DNA of 64,000 bases. It comes from Terrimicrobiaceae bacterium. Lineage in GTDB: Bacteria > Verrucomicrobiota > Verrucomicrobiia > Chthoniobacterales > Terrimicrobiaceae. Below, one piece after another: positions 9,718-18,948 of this stretch; position 1 is the first letter of the stretch; every line of letters starts with the position of its first letter. The position numbers and the translations under genes were made by a program. The stretch covers positions 17,144-81,143 of the forward strand of contig JBMOHW010000001.1 in the NCBI GenBank assembly GCA_049317665.1, in the 5' to 3' direction. Under the pieces are notes generated by a model. It searched no databases and was not told the origin of the DNA. It saw only the letters and a list, made by a program, of their open reading frames with translations.

Positions 9718-10668
9718 ATGGTTCCGACGAAGTTGGGAAAACTTTTTTGGATTATTGCGACGGCGATTGCCTGCGGGATGTCGCCTGTGCGGGCAACCGT
9801 GCTGGTGAGCCAGTTTACCGGTGGCGGCGTTGTGGATTATTCGTCGGCTGGCAGTCTGCTGTCCACGCTGGTGAGCAGTGGGTCGGGAGGGCTCAGCTTG
9901 CCGCATCGGTCGCGGATTGCGCTTGATGGGACGCTGCTCGTGGCGAGCGCCGGGACTGACCGGATCCTGCAATACCATGCGACGAGCGGAGCATACCTCG
10001 GGGAATTCATCGGAGTGGGTGGTGGGCTGGATTACCCTGTGGACATGGTTTTCCGGCCGGACGGGTATGTTTATGTTTCAAGCCAGTTGACCGATGAGGT
10101 TCTGCGATTTTCCGCTTCGACGGGTGTGCGGGATGCGGGCTGGTCTGCCTCAAGCGGCTTGCTGGATGGCCCCTCAGGCATCGCGTTCGACGCGAGCGGC
10201 AACCTCTACGTCTCCGGGCGCTTCAGCAATAACGTCCTGCGCTTTTCCTCGAATGGAACATTTTCCGCGAACCTCGGGACGGTCAGCTCCGCGTTCGGGA
10301 TGACCTTTCATCCGGATGGCTCGTTGCTCGTCTCCTCGGGAGCGGGCAGCGTGCAGAGGTTTACGACTCCCTCCGGAACTCCGTCGCAGGCGACATGGGC
10401 AAGCGGTCTGAACGTGCCGGTCGGCATCGAAGCTGCGGGGGACGGCACGTTTCTTGTGGCCCAATTCGGGGCAAACACAATCACGCGCTTTTCCAGCAAT
10501 GGCACGTCGCTGGGGACGTTTGCGTCGGGCAGTCCGCTGAACGGGCCGAATTTCATCACAGTGGTTCCCGAACCCTCGACTCTGTTTGGCGTGCTGGTCG
10601 CCGGGTTATTGTTCCTGGTCATTCGATCCACCCGGGAGAGCCGGAAAGGCGCGAAGACAACTGGGTAA
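9718..10668 (+). CDS. NHL/SMP-30-like beta-propeller protein with PEP-CTERM anchor
   Basis: 316-aa ORF with a signal peptide. Repeated blades (PDGYVYVSSQLTDEVLRFS, ASGNLYVSGRFSNNVLRFSSNG, GDGTFLVAQFGANTITRFSSNG). C-terminal VPEPSTLFGVLVAGLLFLVIRSTRESRKG is a PEP-CTERM sorting signal. Confidence 0.75.
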   Translation: MVPTKLGKLFWIIATAIACGMSPVRATVLVSQFTGGGVVDYSSAGSLLSTLVSSGSGGLSLPHRSRIALDGTLLVASAGTDRILQYHATSGAYLGEFIGVGGGLDYPVDMVFRPDGYVYVSSQLTDEVLRFSASTGVRDAGWSASSGLLDGPSGIAFDASGNLYVSGRFSNNVLRFSSNGTFSANLGTVSSAFGMTFHPDGSLLVSSGAGSVQRFTTPSGTPSQATWASGLNVPVGIEAAGDGTFLVAQFGANTITRFSSNGTSLGTFASGSPLNGPNFITVVPEPSTLFGVLVAGLLFLVIRSTRESRKGAKTTG

Positions 10669-10749
10669 GGCAAAGCGTTAAGGCTCGTTGGAATACGGGA
10701 TAACGCGAAATCCCTTCATTTTTTCGTGCGAATGCGATGAACTCCGGGG

Positions 10750-11502
10750 ATGCATTTGAGTGAAGCCGTCGAATTGATGGATGGGCTCCTGAATCCTTCG
10801 GGAGTGACGGATTACCCGAATGCCTTGAACGGGCTCCAGTGCGGAAACTCCGGCGGGATCTCTCGCGTCGGGGCGGCGGTCGATGCGTGCGAGGCGGTGA
10901 TCACCGAAGCGGCGGAAGCGGGGGTGGATTTGCTGCTTGTGCATCATGGATTGTTTTGGGGTGGTTTGGATCGATGGACGGGAGCGACCTATCGCAAAAT
11001 GCGAATGCTCGTCGAGGCCGACATGGCGGTTTACAGCTCGCACCTGCCGCTCGACCGGCACCCGGAGTTTGGCAACAACGCGCTTTTGGCAAAAGCGATC
11101 GGGCTTGAGGGCGGTGAGCCATTTTTTCCCACGGGTGGACAGACGATCGGGCTTCGATTTGTCGAGGAAGTGAGCCGCGAGGTCTTGCGGGGACATTTGG
11201 AGAATGCGGTCGGCGGTCCGGTCCATCTGGCGCCCGGCGGGCCCGTGCTGGCCCGGAAGATCGGAATCGTGACGGGTGGGGCCGGAGCCGATGTGGCCAA
11301 GGCGGCGGCTGAAGGGGTGGATACTTTTATAACGGGCGAGGGGCCGCATTGGTCGTTCACGGCCGCCGAAGAACTCGGGGTCAATCTTTTCTACGCCGGG
11401 CATTATGCGACCGAGACGTTCGGCGTGAAGGCGCTTGCGGAAAAGGTTGCCAGTCGATTCGCACTGCCTTGGCAGTTCATCGACCATCCGACCGGTCTCT
11501 GA
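10750..11502 (+). CDS. Nif3-like dinuclear metal center protein
   Basis: 250-aa ORF with motifs LLLVHHGLFWG, SSHLPLD and FYAGHYATETFG, characteristic of the NIF3 family. Confidence 0.85.
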   Translation: MHLSEAVELMDGLLNPSGVTDYPNALNGLQCGNSGGISRVGAAVDACEAVITEAAEAGVDLLLVHHGLFWGGLDRWTGATYRKMRMLVEADMAVYSSHLPLDRHPEFGNNALLAKAIGLEGGEPFFPTGGQTIGLRFVEEVSREVLRGHLENAVGGPVHLAPGGPVLARKIGIVTGGAGADVAKAAAEGVDTFITGEGPHWSFTAAEELGVNLFYAGHYATETFGVKALAEKVASRFALPWQFIDHPTGL

Positions 11503-11517
11503 TCAGCTTTCTGAGAA

Positions 11518-11558
11518 CAAAAGAAAAGGCCGGGCGAGCCTTGTGAGCCCGCCCGGCC
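11518..11558 (-). terminator. rho-independent terminator downstream of small lipoprotein ORF
   Basis: Perfect 9-bp stem GGCCGGGCG (11528-11536) / CGCCCGGCC (11550-11558) with a 13-nt loop. On the minus strand it is followed by TTTTCTTTTG. It lies between the convergent Nif3 gene and the lipoprotein ORF. Confidence 0.55.
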
Positions 11559-11577
11559 TAAACTTGAGCCGGGAGTC

Positions 11578-11697
11578 CTATTTGGACATTCCGATGCTGC
11601 TCGGAGCCGGTGCGGGTGCTGGTTTGCTTGCGCAAGCCCCGAGGCTGAGAGCGGCTGCTGCGATTGCGGCTACTGCTGCGATTTTGACGAATTTCAC
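11578..11697 (-). CDS. small (39 aa) putative lipoprotein
   Basis: Below the track length cutoff. GTG start preceded by AGGAGGAGAAAATCATC. Translation VKFVKIAAVAAIAAAALSLGACASKPAPAPAPSSIGMSK has a lipobox LSLGAC. An intrinsic terminator follows. Confidence 0.5.
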   Translation of the reverse strand: MKFVKIAAVAAIAAAALSLGACASKPAPAPAPSSIGMSK

Positions 11698-11782
11698 GAT
11701 GATTTTCTCCTCCTTTCTTGGCCTGTTGCCGGAGCGACTGTGACATTTTCCATCGGCCTGACAACACTATTTGCAGAAGAAT

Positions 11783-12256
11783 TCAAGCGATGGTGACGGG
11801 TGTGCCGGTGGGCACGATCTCAAAGAGAGCAGCGATGTCGGCATTCCGGAGGCGGACGCAGCCGTGACTGGCGGGTGTGCCGACGAGGTCTTCCTGATTG
11901 GTGCCATGGAGGTAGATGAATCGTTCGTAGGTGTTGGCATTCTCGTCGTCGGTTCCCTCGAGCCAGAGGATCCGTGAGAGGACGCCATCCTGATCGCCGC
12001 CCGGCGTGGCAATGTCCCCCGTGGGCAATCGACTTTTAAAAACCGACCACAGCGGGGCGTCGGCACCGATTTTTTCTGCGATCCGGAATGTTCCGGTGGG
12101 GGTCTTGAAGCTTCCGGGCTCGAAGCCGATGCCGAATTTCGACGTCGATACCGGCCAAGACTTGACCCGCTCGCCGTTACGGAGAAGATGGAGGGTCTGT
12201 CCAGAAATGCTGACGTGGATCTCGAAAGGATTCGGTGGCGGCTGGTCGTTTGTCAT
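11783..12256 (-). CDS. L,D-transpeptidase (YkuD) domain protein
   Basis: ORF 11783..12265 (TTG), trimmed to ATG at 12256. Catalytic motif HGTNQEDLVGTPASHGCVRLRNADI. No obvious signal peptide. Confidence 0.85.
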   Translation of the reverse strand: MTNDQPPPNPFEIHVSISGQTLHLLRNGERVKSWPVSTSKFGIGFEPGSFKTPTGTFRIAEKIGADAPLWSVFKSRLPTGDIATPGGDQDGVLSRILWLEGTDDENANTYERFIYLHGTNQEDLVGTPASHGCVRLRNADIAALFEIVPTGTPVTIA

Positions 12257-12267
12257 CTCTCCCAATT

Positions 12268-13254
12268 ATGTCCAAATCTTATCGAGTCGCAATCGTCGGC
12301 GCATCCGGCGCCGTCGGAGTTGAAATGCTCCGCGTGATGGAGCGTCGGAATTTTCCTGTGGCCAGTCTTCGCCTCCTCGCCTCGCCTCGCTCGGCCGGGA
12401 AGTCCCTGGAGTTCCGTGGGGAAGGGCATACAATTGAGCCGCTGGGCCTGAATTCTTTCGAGGGAATCGACGTGGCGTTGTTCAGTGCCGGTTCGGGGAT
12501 TTCGACGGAATTTGCGCCGGTCGCGGTGGACTCCGGCGCTGTGGTGGTCGATAATTCGTCTGCCTTCCGGATGTCGGAAACTGTGCCGTTGGTCGTGCCC
12601 GAGATCAACGGAGCGGACGTCAAGAATCACAACGGGATTATCGCGAACCCGAATTGCACGACGGCGATCACCCTGATGGCTCTGCACCCTCTTCATCAGA
12701 AATTCCGGGTCAAGCGGATCTTCGCCTCGACTTACCAGGCCGTATCGGGAGCCGGGGCGCGGGCGATTGATGAGCTTCGCCAGCAGGTGGATGCGGTTGC
12801 GAAAGACTTGCAATTGGAGAAGGAGATCTTCCCGCATCAGATCGCGTTCAACGTCATTCCGCAGGTCGATTCATTCCTGGATTCCGGCTACACAAAAGAG
12901 GAAATGAAGATGCAAAACGAGGGTCGCCGAATCATGCACCTGCCGACATTCAAGGCGTCGGTGACGTGTGTGCGTGTGCCGGTTTACCGGGCCCATTCGG
13001 TCGCGGTGAGCGCGGAATTCGAGCGTCCGGTCGGCCTCGCTGATGCAGCGGACGTTCTCAAGGCCGCACCTGGGTTGAAGTTTCTCAGCGAAGGCTACCC
13101 GATGCCGCTCGATTGCGCGGGGAAAGACGATTGTTTCGTCGGACGGATGCGGCTCGACTGTGCGCTGGAGAACGGGTTGGCGTTCTGGGTTTGCGGCGAT
13201 CAACTGCTGAAAGGCGCGGCGTTGAACGCCGTGCAGATTGCCGAGTTGCTGTAG
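12268..13254 (+). CDS. asd: aspartate-semialdehyde dehydrogenase
   Basis: ORF 12235..13254, trimmed to MSKSYRVAIVGASGAVG (Rossmann motif). Active-site region IIANPNCTTA. Length about 328 aa. Confidence 0.95.
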   Translation: MSKSYRVAIVGASGAVGVEMLRVMERRNFPVASLRLLASPRSAGKSLEFRGEGHTIEPLGLNSFEGIDVALFSAGSGISTEFAPVAVDSGAVVVDNSSAFRMSETVPLVVPEINGADVKNHNGIIANPNCTTAITLMALHPLHQKFRVKRIFASTYQAVSGAGARAIDELRQQVDAVAKDLQLEKEIFPHQIAFNVIPQVDSFLDSGYTKEEMKMQNEGRRIMHLPTFKASVTCVRVPVYRAHSVAVSAEFERPVGLADAADVLKAAPGLKFLSEGYPMPLDCAGKDDCFVGRMRLDCALENGLAFWVCGDQLLKGAALNAVQIAELL

Positions 13255-13264
13255 CTGCGTTTTT

Positions 13265-13663
13265 TTATTTCGGTTGCAGAGCTTCGGCCAGGACCAGTCC
13301 GCCCCATGTCCCGCCGAGGCAGAGCACGAGAGTCAGCGCGATGTTTGCCAAGCCATAGGCGACCTCTCCATTTGCGAGGAGCGCGATCGTTTGCAGGCTG
13401 AACGACGAATATGTCGTAAATCCGCCCAGAACGCCGATGACGACCACTTGACGAACCAGTGGCGAGCTAAGGAATGCCCCGTCGGGTCCCGTGAGACCGG
13501 TGAAGAGCCCGATAATGAAGCACCCGGACACATTGACGATAATGGTTCCCCAGGGAAAGTGCTGGCCGAAGGAATTTGTGATGATTTCAGCGAGAAACAT
13601 CCTCGCGCCAACTCCCAGCGCACCGCCCGCCATTACCGCCAGATACGTCTGGATCCAGCCCAT
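13265..13663 (-). CDS. crcB: fluoride ion channel CrcB
   Basis: Internal ATG of ORF 13265..13780. MGWIQTYLAVMAGGALGVGARMFL...FPWGTIIVNVSGCFIIGLF...GGFTTYSSFSL are typical CrcB motifs. 132 aa, 4 TM. Confidence 0.9.
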   Translation of the reverse strand: MGWIQTYLAVMAGGALGVGARMFLAEIITNSFGQHFPWGTIIVNVSGCFIIGLFTGLTGPDGAFLSSPLVRQVVVIGVLGGFTTYSSFSLQTIALLANGEVAYGLANIALTLVLCLGGTWGGLVLAEALQPK

Positions 13664-13673
13664 GGTTTCTCCG

Positions 13674-14933
13674 TCAGGCTTCGTCGAGCCGGTAGAGCAT
13701 CTCACCGGCTTTCCGGACGAGGAGGATGCCCTCGTCCTCGCGGTTCGCGAAGGCTTCGACGTCGATCGAGGCCGGATCACGATAGCCGAGGTTGATCTCG
13801 CGGCAGACGGCTTCCGGGATTCCGGTGGCGAGCGTGACTCGCACCCGACATTTTTCCACTCCGTCCTCGAATGTTCCGACGCCGCGAACGTGGGTCGAGT
13901 GAGCGAGCACGCCCCACGGGAGATCTTTAAAGCGATCCCATTGTTTCAAAAAGTAATCGCGGCAGTGATACCCGATCTCTCGGATGAGGCGGCCATGAAC
14001 GACCGAGACTTCATGAATGTGCGGCGCATAGATGATCAATTCTCCGCCATCGGCCACCACCGGCTCGAGCTTATACATGCATTTCCCGCCGACCCAGAGC
14101 TCGTCATACATGAGCGGCGCGCAGGAGAGCACGGTTTGGAACGGAGCCGGTTTGCGGACAATGTGCAGTTCCTGCGAGAGGTCGCTCGCGGCGTCCCACG
14201 CCTCTTCCGGGCTGCCTGCGAAGATCCCGGAAAAATGGTTGCCGCTCACGACGAGGCAGAAGCAGAGTTTTTCCAAATCGAGCATCGCACCCGCGCGGTC
14301 GACGACTTTGCGGACGGGAGTCCACTTGTTTCCGATGATCATCGGGTTGGTGATCACGGCGCCGAGCCAATGGAAAAAGTTCAGGATTTCCGGACCCGCG
14401 ACGCCCGGGAAGAGATACTTGTTGCCGCCCGAGCACCCAACGACCTCATGGGGGAAAACCGGACCGATAATCACAACGCGATCGTAATCGAATAGCCGCT
14501 TGTTGATTGCGACTGGAACATCCATTGAGAAAAGTCCGCCGCTTAATTCCTCAATCTCGGCTGCTGGGATCGATCCCAGCCCGGTGAGAGCCTCGGGGTT
14601 GTCCCACTCATGGTTGAAGAATCTCACGCTCGCGAACTTCCCCGATCTCTCCTCGAGAGAAATGCCGAGCCGCTCGCAGATCGCACCCTCGCTCATCGGC
14701 GGATGTGTGCCAAGGGCGACCATCACGTCAAAGGCCGCGCATTCCGCCGCGACTGTGGCGTGGAGTTGGTGGAAGACGATATCGATGGGAGCCGTTCGGG
14801 TCGCATCCGGGACAATAAGAAGAACTTTTTTGCCCGCCCACTCCGCCTTCACGCAGACATCCGAGATCATGCGCGATACGGTCTCCATGGGCAGGCTCGA
14901 TCCGTTCGGGGCAACAGCTTGAGAGAAATTCAT
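13674..14933 (-). CDS. LarA-like (DUF2088) nickel-dependent racemase family protein
   Basis: ORF 13674..15116, trimmed to ATG 14933 (MNFSQAV) so that it does not overlap the divergent gene. KKVLLIVPDATRTAP and VMVALGTHPPMS resemble lactate racemase N-terminal domain motifs. About 419 aa. Confidence 0.7.
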   Translation of the reverse strand: MNFSQAVAPNGSSLPMETVSRMISDVCVKAEWAGKKVLLIVPDATRTAPIDIVFHQLHATVAAECAAFDVMVALGTHPPMSEGAICERLGISLEERSGKFASVRFFNHEWDNPEALTGLGSIPAAEIEELSGGLFSMDVPVAINKRLFDYDRVVIIGPVFPHEVVGCSGGNKYLFPGVAGPEILNFFHWLGAVITNPMIIGNKWTPVRKVVDRAGAMLDLEKLCFCLVVSGNHFSGIFAGSPEEAWDAASDLSQELHIVRKPAPFQTVLSCAPLMYDELWVGGKCMYKLEPVVADGGELIIYAPHIHEVSVVHGRLIREIGYHCRDYFLKQWDRFKDLPWGVLAHSTHVRGVGTFEDGVEKCRVRVTLATGIPEAVCREINLGYRDPASIDVEAFANREDEGILLVRKAGEMLYRLDEA

Positions 14934-15033
14934 TCGGTTCACCCGATTAAACACGGCGGGTGGGAGCCGCGAAAGTGATTTTTCTCGATCCGTTTTGCTT
15001 GATGTGTTTGCGATGCTCTTCTTTACATTATCC

Positions 15034-15711
15034 ATGCGCTCCCTCCGACGTTTTGGCCTCCTGCTGCTGTCGTTTTTGCCACTGGCATCGATCGCTGGAA
15101 TCCTGAACGAGCTCACACCATCCCAGGCCAGGGCGGTTCTGCGGGGCGAGCAGGTTGTCGAGATGGAAGAGATCGAGGGAAAACCGTGGCCAAGGATCCG
15201 CGTCTTTCAAAAGGTCAAGGCGGCTCCCGAGGAATTCATGGCGGTTTTCTTCGATTATCGGCAGGCAAAATCCTACATCCCGAAACTGCTGAAATCTGAT
15301 GTCTCGAAAACCGTCTCCCCGTGTGTGCTCGAGGTGGATTACGGCGTCGACGTTCCGATGCTGCCGGATGAATTTTATACGGCTCGAAATACGCTGAAGG
15401 AAAACGACGGCGTCTACCGGGTGGATTGGACACTTCTTCGCGCCCTGCAGACGAAGGCCAGCGAGGGGAGCCTTCGCGCGGAAGCCACCGAGGGCGGCTC
15501 GGTCATCTGCTACACCAACCTGGTCACGCCTGGCTCCAGCATGGCCGGACTCCTCCGAATTCCAGCCATGGATCAGATGAAAAATTCCGTGCGAGCCATC
15601 GTCGCACAAGTCGAGAAGCAAAAGGCGCAAAATCCGGGAGAACTCGACCAGCAAGTGAAGGTCCTTCGTGCCGCATTGAAGGCCGAGCCTTCTCCGGTCC
15701 CCGGCTCCTGA
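15034..15711 (+). CDS. secreted hypothetical protein (possible SRPBCC/START-like fold)
   Basis: ORF 14995..15711, trimmed to MRSLRRFGLLLLSFLPLASIAG (signal peptide). No diagnostic motif. The fold guess is weak. Confidence 0.55.
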   Translation: MRSLRRFGLLLLSFLPLASIAGILNELTPSQARAVLRGEQVVEMEEIEGKPWPRIRVFQKVKAAPEEFMAVFFDYRQAKSYIPKLLKSDVSKTVSPCVLEVDYGVDVPMLPDEFYTARNTLKENDGVYRVDWTLLRALQTKASEGSLRAEATEGGSVICYTNLVTPGSSMAGLLRIPAMDQMKNSVRAIVAQVEKQKAQNPGELDQQVKVLRAALKAEPSPVPGS

Positions 15712-15782
15712 AGCCGCGCGGGCACCCAAAACCAGAGCCTTGCGGCAGACGGGGATTAAGGGTATTCAGAAGGGCTCCTCTG

Positions 15783-16721
15783 ATGATCAAGGTCGAACAA
15801 CTCTCGAAATCCTACGGCGCGACGCTGGCGGTCGATTCCATCGACTTTGATGTCAAGAAAGGCGAGATTGTGGGGTTTCTCGGTCCGAACGGGGCGGGGA
15901 AATCGACAACGATGAAAATGCTGGCCGGGTATCTGCCGCCGACGTCTGGTCGCGCGGAGGTAGCAGGGTATGATATTTTTCGCGAGTCGTTGCGGGCGCG
16001 CGAGCACATTGGCTATTTGCCTGAGAATGTCCCGCTCTATCCAGACATGCGCGTGCGTGAGTTTCTTCGCTATCGTGCGGCGTTGAAGGGCGTGCCGGGA
16101 CGGAGGATGAACGAGCGGTTGAGTGACGTGCTCGAACTCTGCGGGCTGGTGGATGTTCACAAAAAGGTCATCGGGCGTTTGTCGAAAGGGTATCGGCAGC
16201 GGGTTGGGCTGGCGGATGCGATGATCCACGAGCCCGATCTTCTCATTCTCGACGAGCCCACGATCGGTCTCGATCCAAACCAGATCCGCCAAGTTCGCGA
16301 TCTCATCCGCAACCTCAAGCGGCACCATACAATCCTTCTCTCGACCCACATCCTCCCCGAGGTGGAAATGTTGTGCTCGCGCGTGATCATCATTAACCGA
16401 GGCAAAATCGAGGCCCTCGATACGCCGCAGAACCTGCGGGCGAAACTCGGGGCGTCCGGCCACATTTTCCTGGATGCGCGAGTCTCCGATCCGCGTGCGG
16501 CTGCGAGTGAACTTCGTAAGATCGAGGGCGTCGAGTCGGTCTCGATCCGCTCAGACGGGGCGTGGACGATCTTCACGATCCACGCGGTTCTGGGATCGGA
16601 TCCGCGTGAGGCGTTATTTGCCCATGCGTCCAGTAAGGCTTGGCCCGTGCGTGAGCTGAGCCGTTCGGCCGTTTCTCTGGAACAAGTCTTTGCAGAAGTC
16701 ACCCACGCGGAGGAGGCATGA
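15783..16721 (+). CDS. ABC transporter ATP-binding protein (GldA-like, ABC-2 type)
   Basis: Internal ATG (MIKVEQLSKSYG) of ORF 15426..16721. Walker A GPNGAGKSTT, signature LSKGYRQRVGLA, Walker B LILDEPTIGLD. Confidence 0.9.
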   Translation: MIKVEQLSKSYGATLAVDSIDFDVKKGEIVGFLGPNGAGKSTTMKMLAGYLPPTSGRAEVAGYDIFRESLRAREHIGYLPENVPLYPDMRVREFLRYRAALKGVPGRRMNERLSDVLELCGLVDVHKKVIGRLSKGYRQRVGLADAMIHEPDLLILDEPTIGLDPNQIRQVRDLIRNLKRHHTILLSTHILPEVEMLCSRVIIINRGKIEALDTPQNLRAKLGASGHIFLDARVSDPRAAASELRKIEGVESVSIRSDGAWTIFTIHAVLGSDPREALFAHASSKAWPVRELSRSAVSLEQVFAEVTHAEEA

Positions 16722-17473
16722 GGAAGTTTTTCACATTGGTCGGACGCGAGATCGGCGGTGCGTTTCACCAGCCGATGGCGTGGATCGTCCTTTTCTTTTT
16801 TCTCCTGATTACGGGCTTTAACTTCCATGCCGGCGTATCTCTGCTGAATGGCTCGGCCGGAACGACGACGATGGTCGAGGCGTTTTTCAACACCGTGTAT
16901 TTTTGGTTTCCGTTCCTGCTGATCTTTCCGCTGATTACGATGCGGGTGTTTGCTGAAGAGGCGAAGATGGGAACGATCGAAATGTTGATGACCGCGCCCG
17001 TGCGCGACATTCAAGTTGTCCTGGCAAAATACGTCGGAGCGTATCTTTTTTACATCATCCTCTGGCTGCCGAGTCTTTTGTATTTCGTGGTTTTCCAAGC
17101 GGTGTCGGAAGTGAACGCGGCGGGTGCGGTCGGGTCGTATCTTGGCGCTTACGCCATGTTGCTGTTGCTCGGATTATTTTATTGCGGCATCGGGTGTCTC
17201 GCTTCGGCATTGACCGACAACCAGATCGTTGCGGCGGTGATCGCGTTTGCGGGCATTCTCTTCATGTTTTTTCTCGGCCTGCTCTCGTTGATCCTGCCGG
17301 GTGCGGGGCCGTTCGTGCGTGATCTGACGTATTATTTTTCGCCGGTCCAGCACATGATGGACTTCTCTCGCGGATTGATCGATTCGCGCCCAGTCGTCCT
17401 CTATCTGAGTGCGTCGGCGCTGATGCTATTCGCGACGTTCCAAGTCTTCCAATTTCGGAGGTGGAAATCATGA
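16718..17473 (+). CDS. ABC-2 type transporter permease (GldF-like)
   Basis: 251-aa polytopic membrane ORF. Its start overlaps the stop of the upstream ATPase gene by 4 nt. Confidence 0.8.
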   Translation: MRKFFTLVGREIGGAFHQPMAWIVLFFFLLITGFNFHAGVSLLNGSAGTTTMVEAFFNTVYFWFPFLLIFPLITMRVFAEEAKMGTIEMLMTAPVRDIQVVLAKYVGAYLFYIILWLPSLLYFVVFQAVSEVNAAGAVGSYLGAYAMLLLLGLFYCGIGCLASALTDNQIVAAVIAFAGILFMFFLGLLSLILPGAGPFVRDLTYYFSPVQHMMDFSRGLIDSRPVVLYLSASALMLFATFQVFQFRRWKS

Positions 17474-18948
17474 AGTCCTCAGGAGTTCCGAGGACCGGCA
17501 TTCGGATCGGGGTGGGGATTCAAACGATCTCAATCCTCGCCGTCTTTGTGTTGGTCAATTACCTGAGCTTTCAGTATTTCGCGCGACGCGACTATTCGCG
17601 GTCGCAAAAATTTGCGCTCGCCGAGCAGACCAAGCGCGTGCTGCGGGAGTTGAAGAAGCCGGTGGAAATCACGGTGATCGCCTCGCCGACATTTGTGTCC
17701 CCGGTCAGCCAGATCTTCGGTGATGTGCGCAGCCTGCTCGCCGAGCTCCAGTTTTCGGGCCGGGAACGGATTCGGGTCGATTATGTCGATCCCACGCGCG
17801 ACCTGAGCCGGATGCGGGAACTGCAGGAGAGGCATCACTTTGCCACGGCGGACAACTTGTTGATCCTGACTTACGACGGGCGCACGCGCTTGGTGTCCAT
17901 GGCGGACATGGCCGACTTTGATTTTCGCCCAGTCGCTCAAGGGGACCCGCCGCGGTTGCTGGCTTTTCGCGGCGAGCAGGCGTTGACCGGCGCAATGATC
18001 GCGCTGCTCAGGCCCGAAGACCAGACGGTCTACTTTTTGACCGGACACGGGGAACCCGACATCACCAGCGGGTCTCCGATCTCGGTTTTGGTTGACTACC
18101 TTTTGAAACAGAACGTCAAAATCGCGTCTCTTTCCCTTGCGGCGACGGATGCGATCCCGAGTGATGCCGCTGCCGTTGTGGTGGTGGCACCGCGCTTCGA
18201 CCTGGAGGAACGCGAGGCAGTGATCCTGCGTGCGTGGTGGGCCAAGCGGGGACGACTGCTCGTGCTGCTCGATCCTGATGCTGAGACCCCGCGGCTCCAC
18301 TCCGTGCTCGGCGATGCGGGCGTTCGTCCAAGAAAAGATCGCGTTCTCCGCACCATTCAGCTCGCGTTTGCGACCGGGATCCTGCGCGATGTGACGGGCG
18401 TTGTTCTTCCAACTTCGCAGATGACGCAACGTCTGGCCGGAGCGACGATCTTGTTCCCGGGTGCGACCCAGTCGCTCGCGCTGGATGAGGAATTTGCAAA
18501 CCGGGAAAAAATCCAACTTCGCAAACTGGTCGAGCCCGCCGAGGAGTTCTGGGGCGAGACCGACTTTGCACCGAACAACCCCGCCGGGGTTCGTTACGAT
18601 GATGGCAGGGACAACGGCCAGCCGCTAACCATCGCGGCATCGGCCGATCGAGGGGGAATCGAGGACGATCGCGTCGAGGTTCAGACATCGCGCCTCATCG
18701 TGGTCGGCAGCGCACAATTTGTTTTTGATTCGGAAATCAAACCGTCCGGCCTCGACTTCGTTCTCGGCTCCGTGAACGCGCTGCTGGATCGCACCAAGGT
18801 TGCGGGTCTGGCACCCAAGAACGTCGCGCATTTTGCCCTGAATCTGACAGATCGCCAACTCGGTATGATCGCCCTCTTTACGATGATCGTCATCCCGGGT
18901 CTTGCGGCATTGAGCGGAGTCATTGCGTGGTGGAGGCGACGATCATGA
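17470..18948 (+). CDS. GldG-like ABC transport auxiliary protein
   Basis: ATG at 17470 forms an ATGA overlap with the permease stop. N- and C-terminal TM helices flank a large extracytoplasmic domain, as in the GldG family. Confidence 0.75.
   Translation: MKSSGVPRTGIRIGVGIQTISILAVFVLVNYLSFQYFARRDYSRSQKFALAEQTKRVLRELKKPVEITVIASPTFVSPVSQIFGDVRSLLAELQFSGRERIRVDYVDPTRDLSRMRELQERHHFATADNLLILTYDGRTRLVSMADMADFDFRPVAQGDPPRLLAFRGEQALTGAMIALLRPEDQTVYFLTGHGEPDITSGSPISVLVDYLLKQNVKIASLSLAATDAIPSDAAAVVVVAPRFDLEEREAVILRAWWAKRGRLLVLLDPDAETPRLHSVLGDAGVRPRKDRVLRTIQLAFATGILRDVTGVVLPTSQMTQRLAGATILFPGATQSLALDEEFANREKIQLRKLVEPAEEFWGETDFAPNNPAGVRYDDGRDNGQPLTIAASADRGGIEDDRVEVQTSRLIVVGSAQFVFDSEIKPSGLDFVLGSVNALLDRTKVAGLAPKNVAHFALNLTDRQLGMIALFTMIVIPGLAALSGVIAWWRRRS

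Noticed and set aside
13491-14495. 334-aa plus-strand ORF
   Set aside because: Antisense to crcB and the LarA-like gene. No motifs.
14934-15033. Fluoride riboswitch upstream of the larA-like/crcB pair
   Set aside because: I read the minus-strand leader by eye and did not see the conserved crcB-motif core, so none is called. A covariance-model search is still needed.
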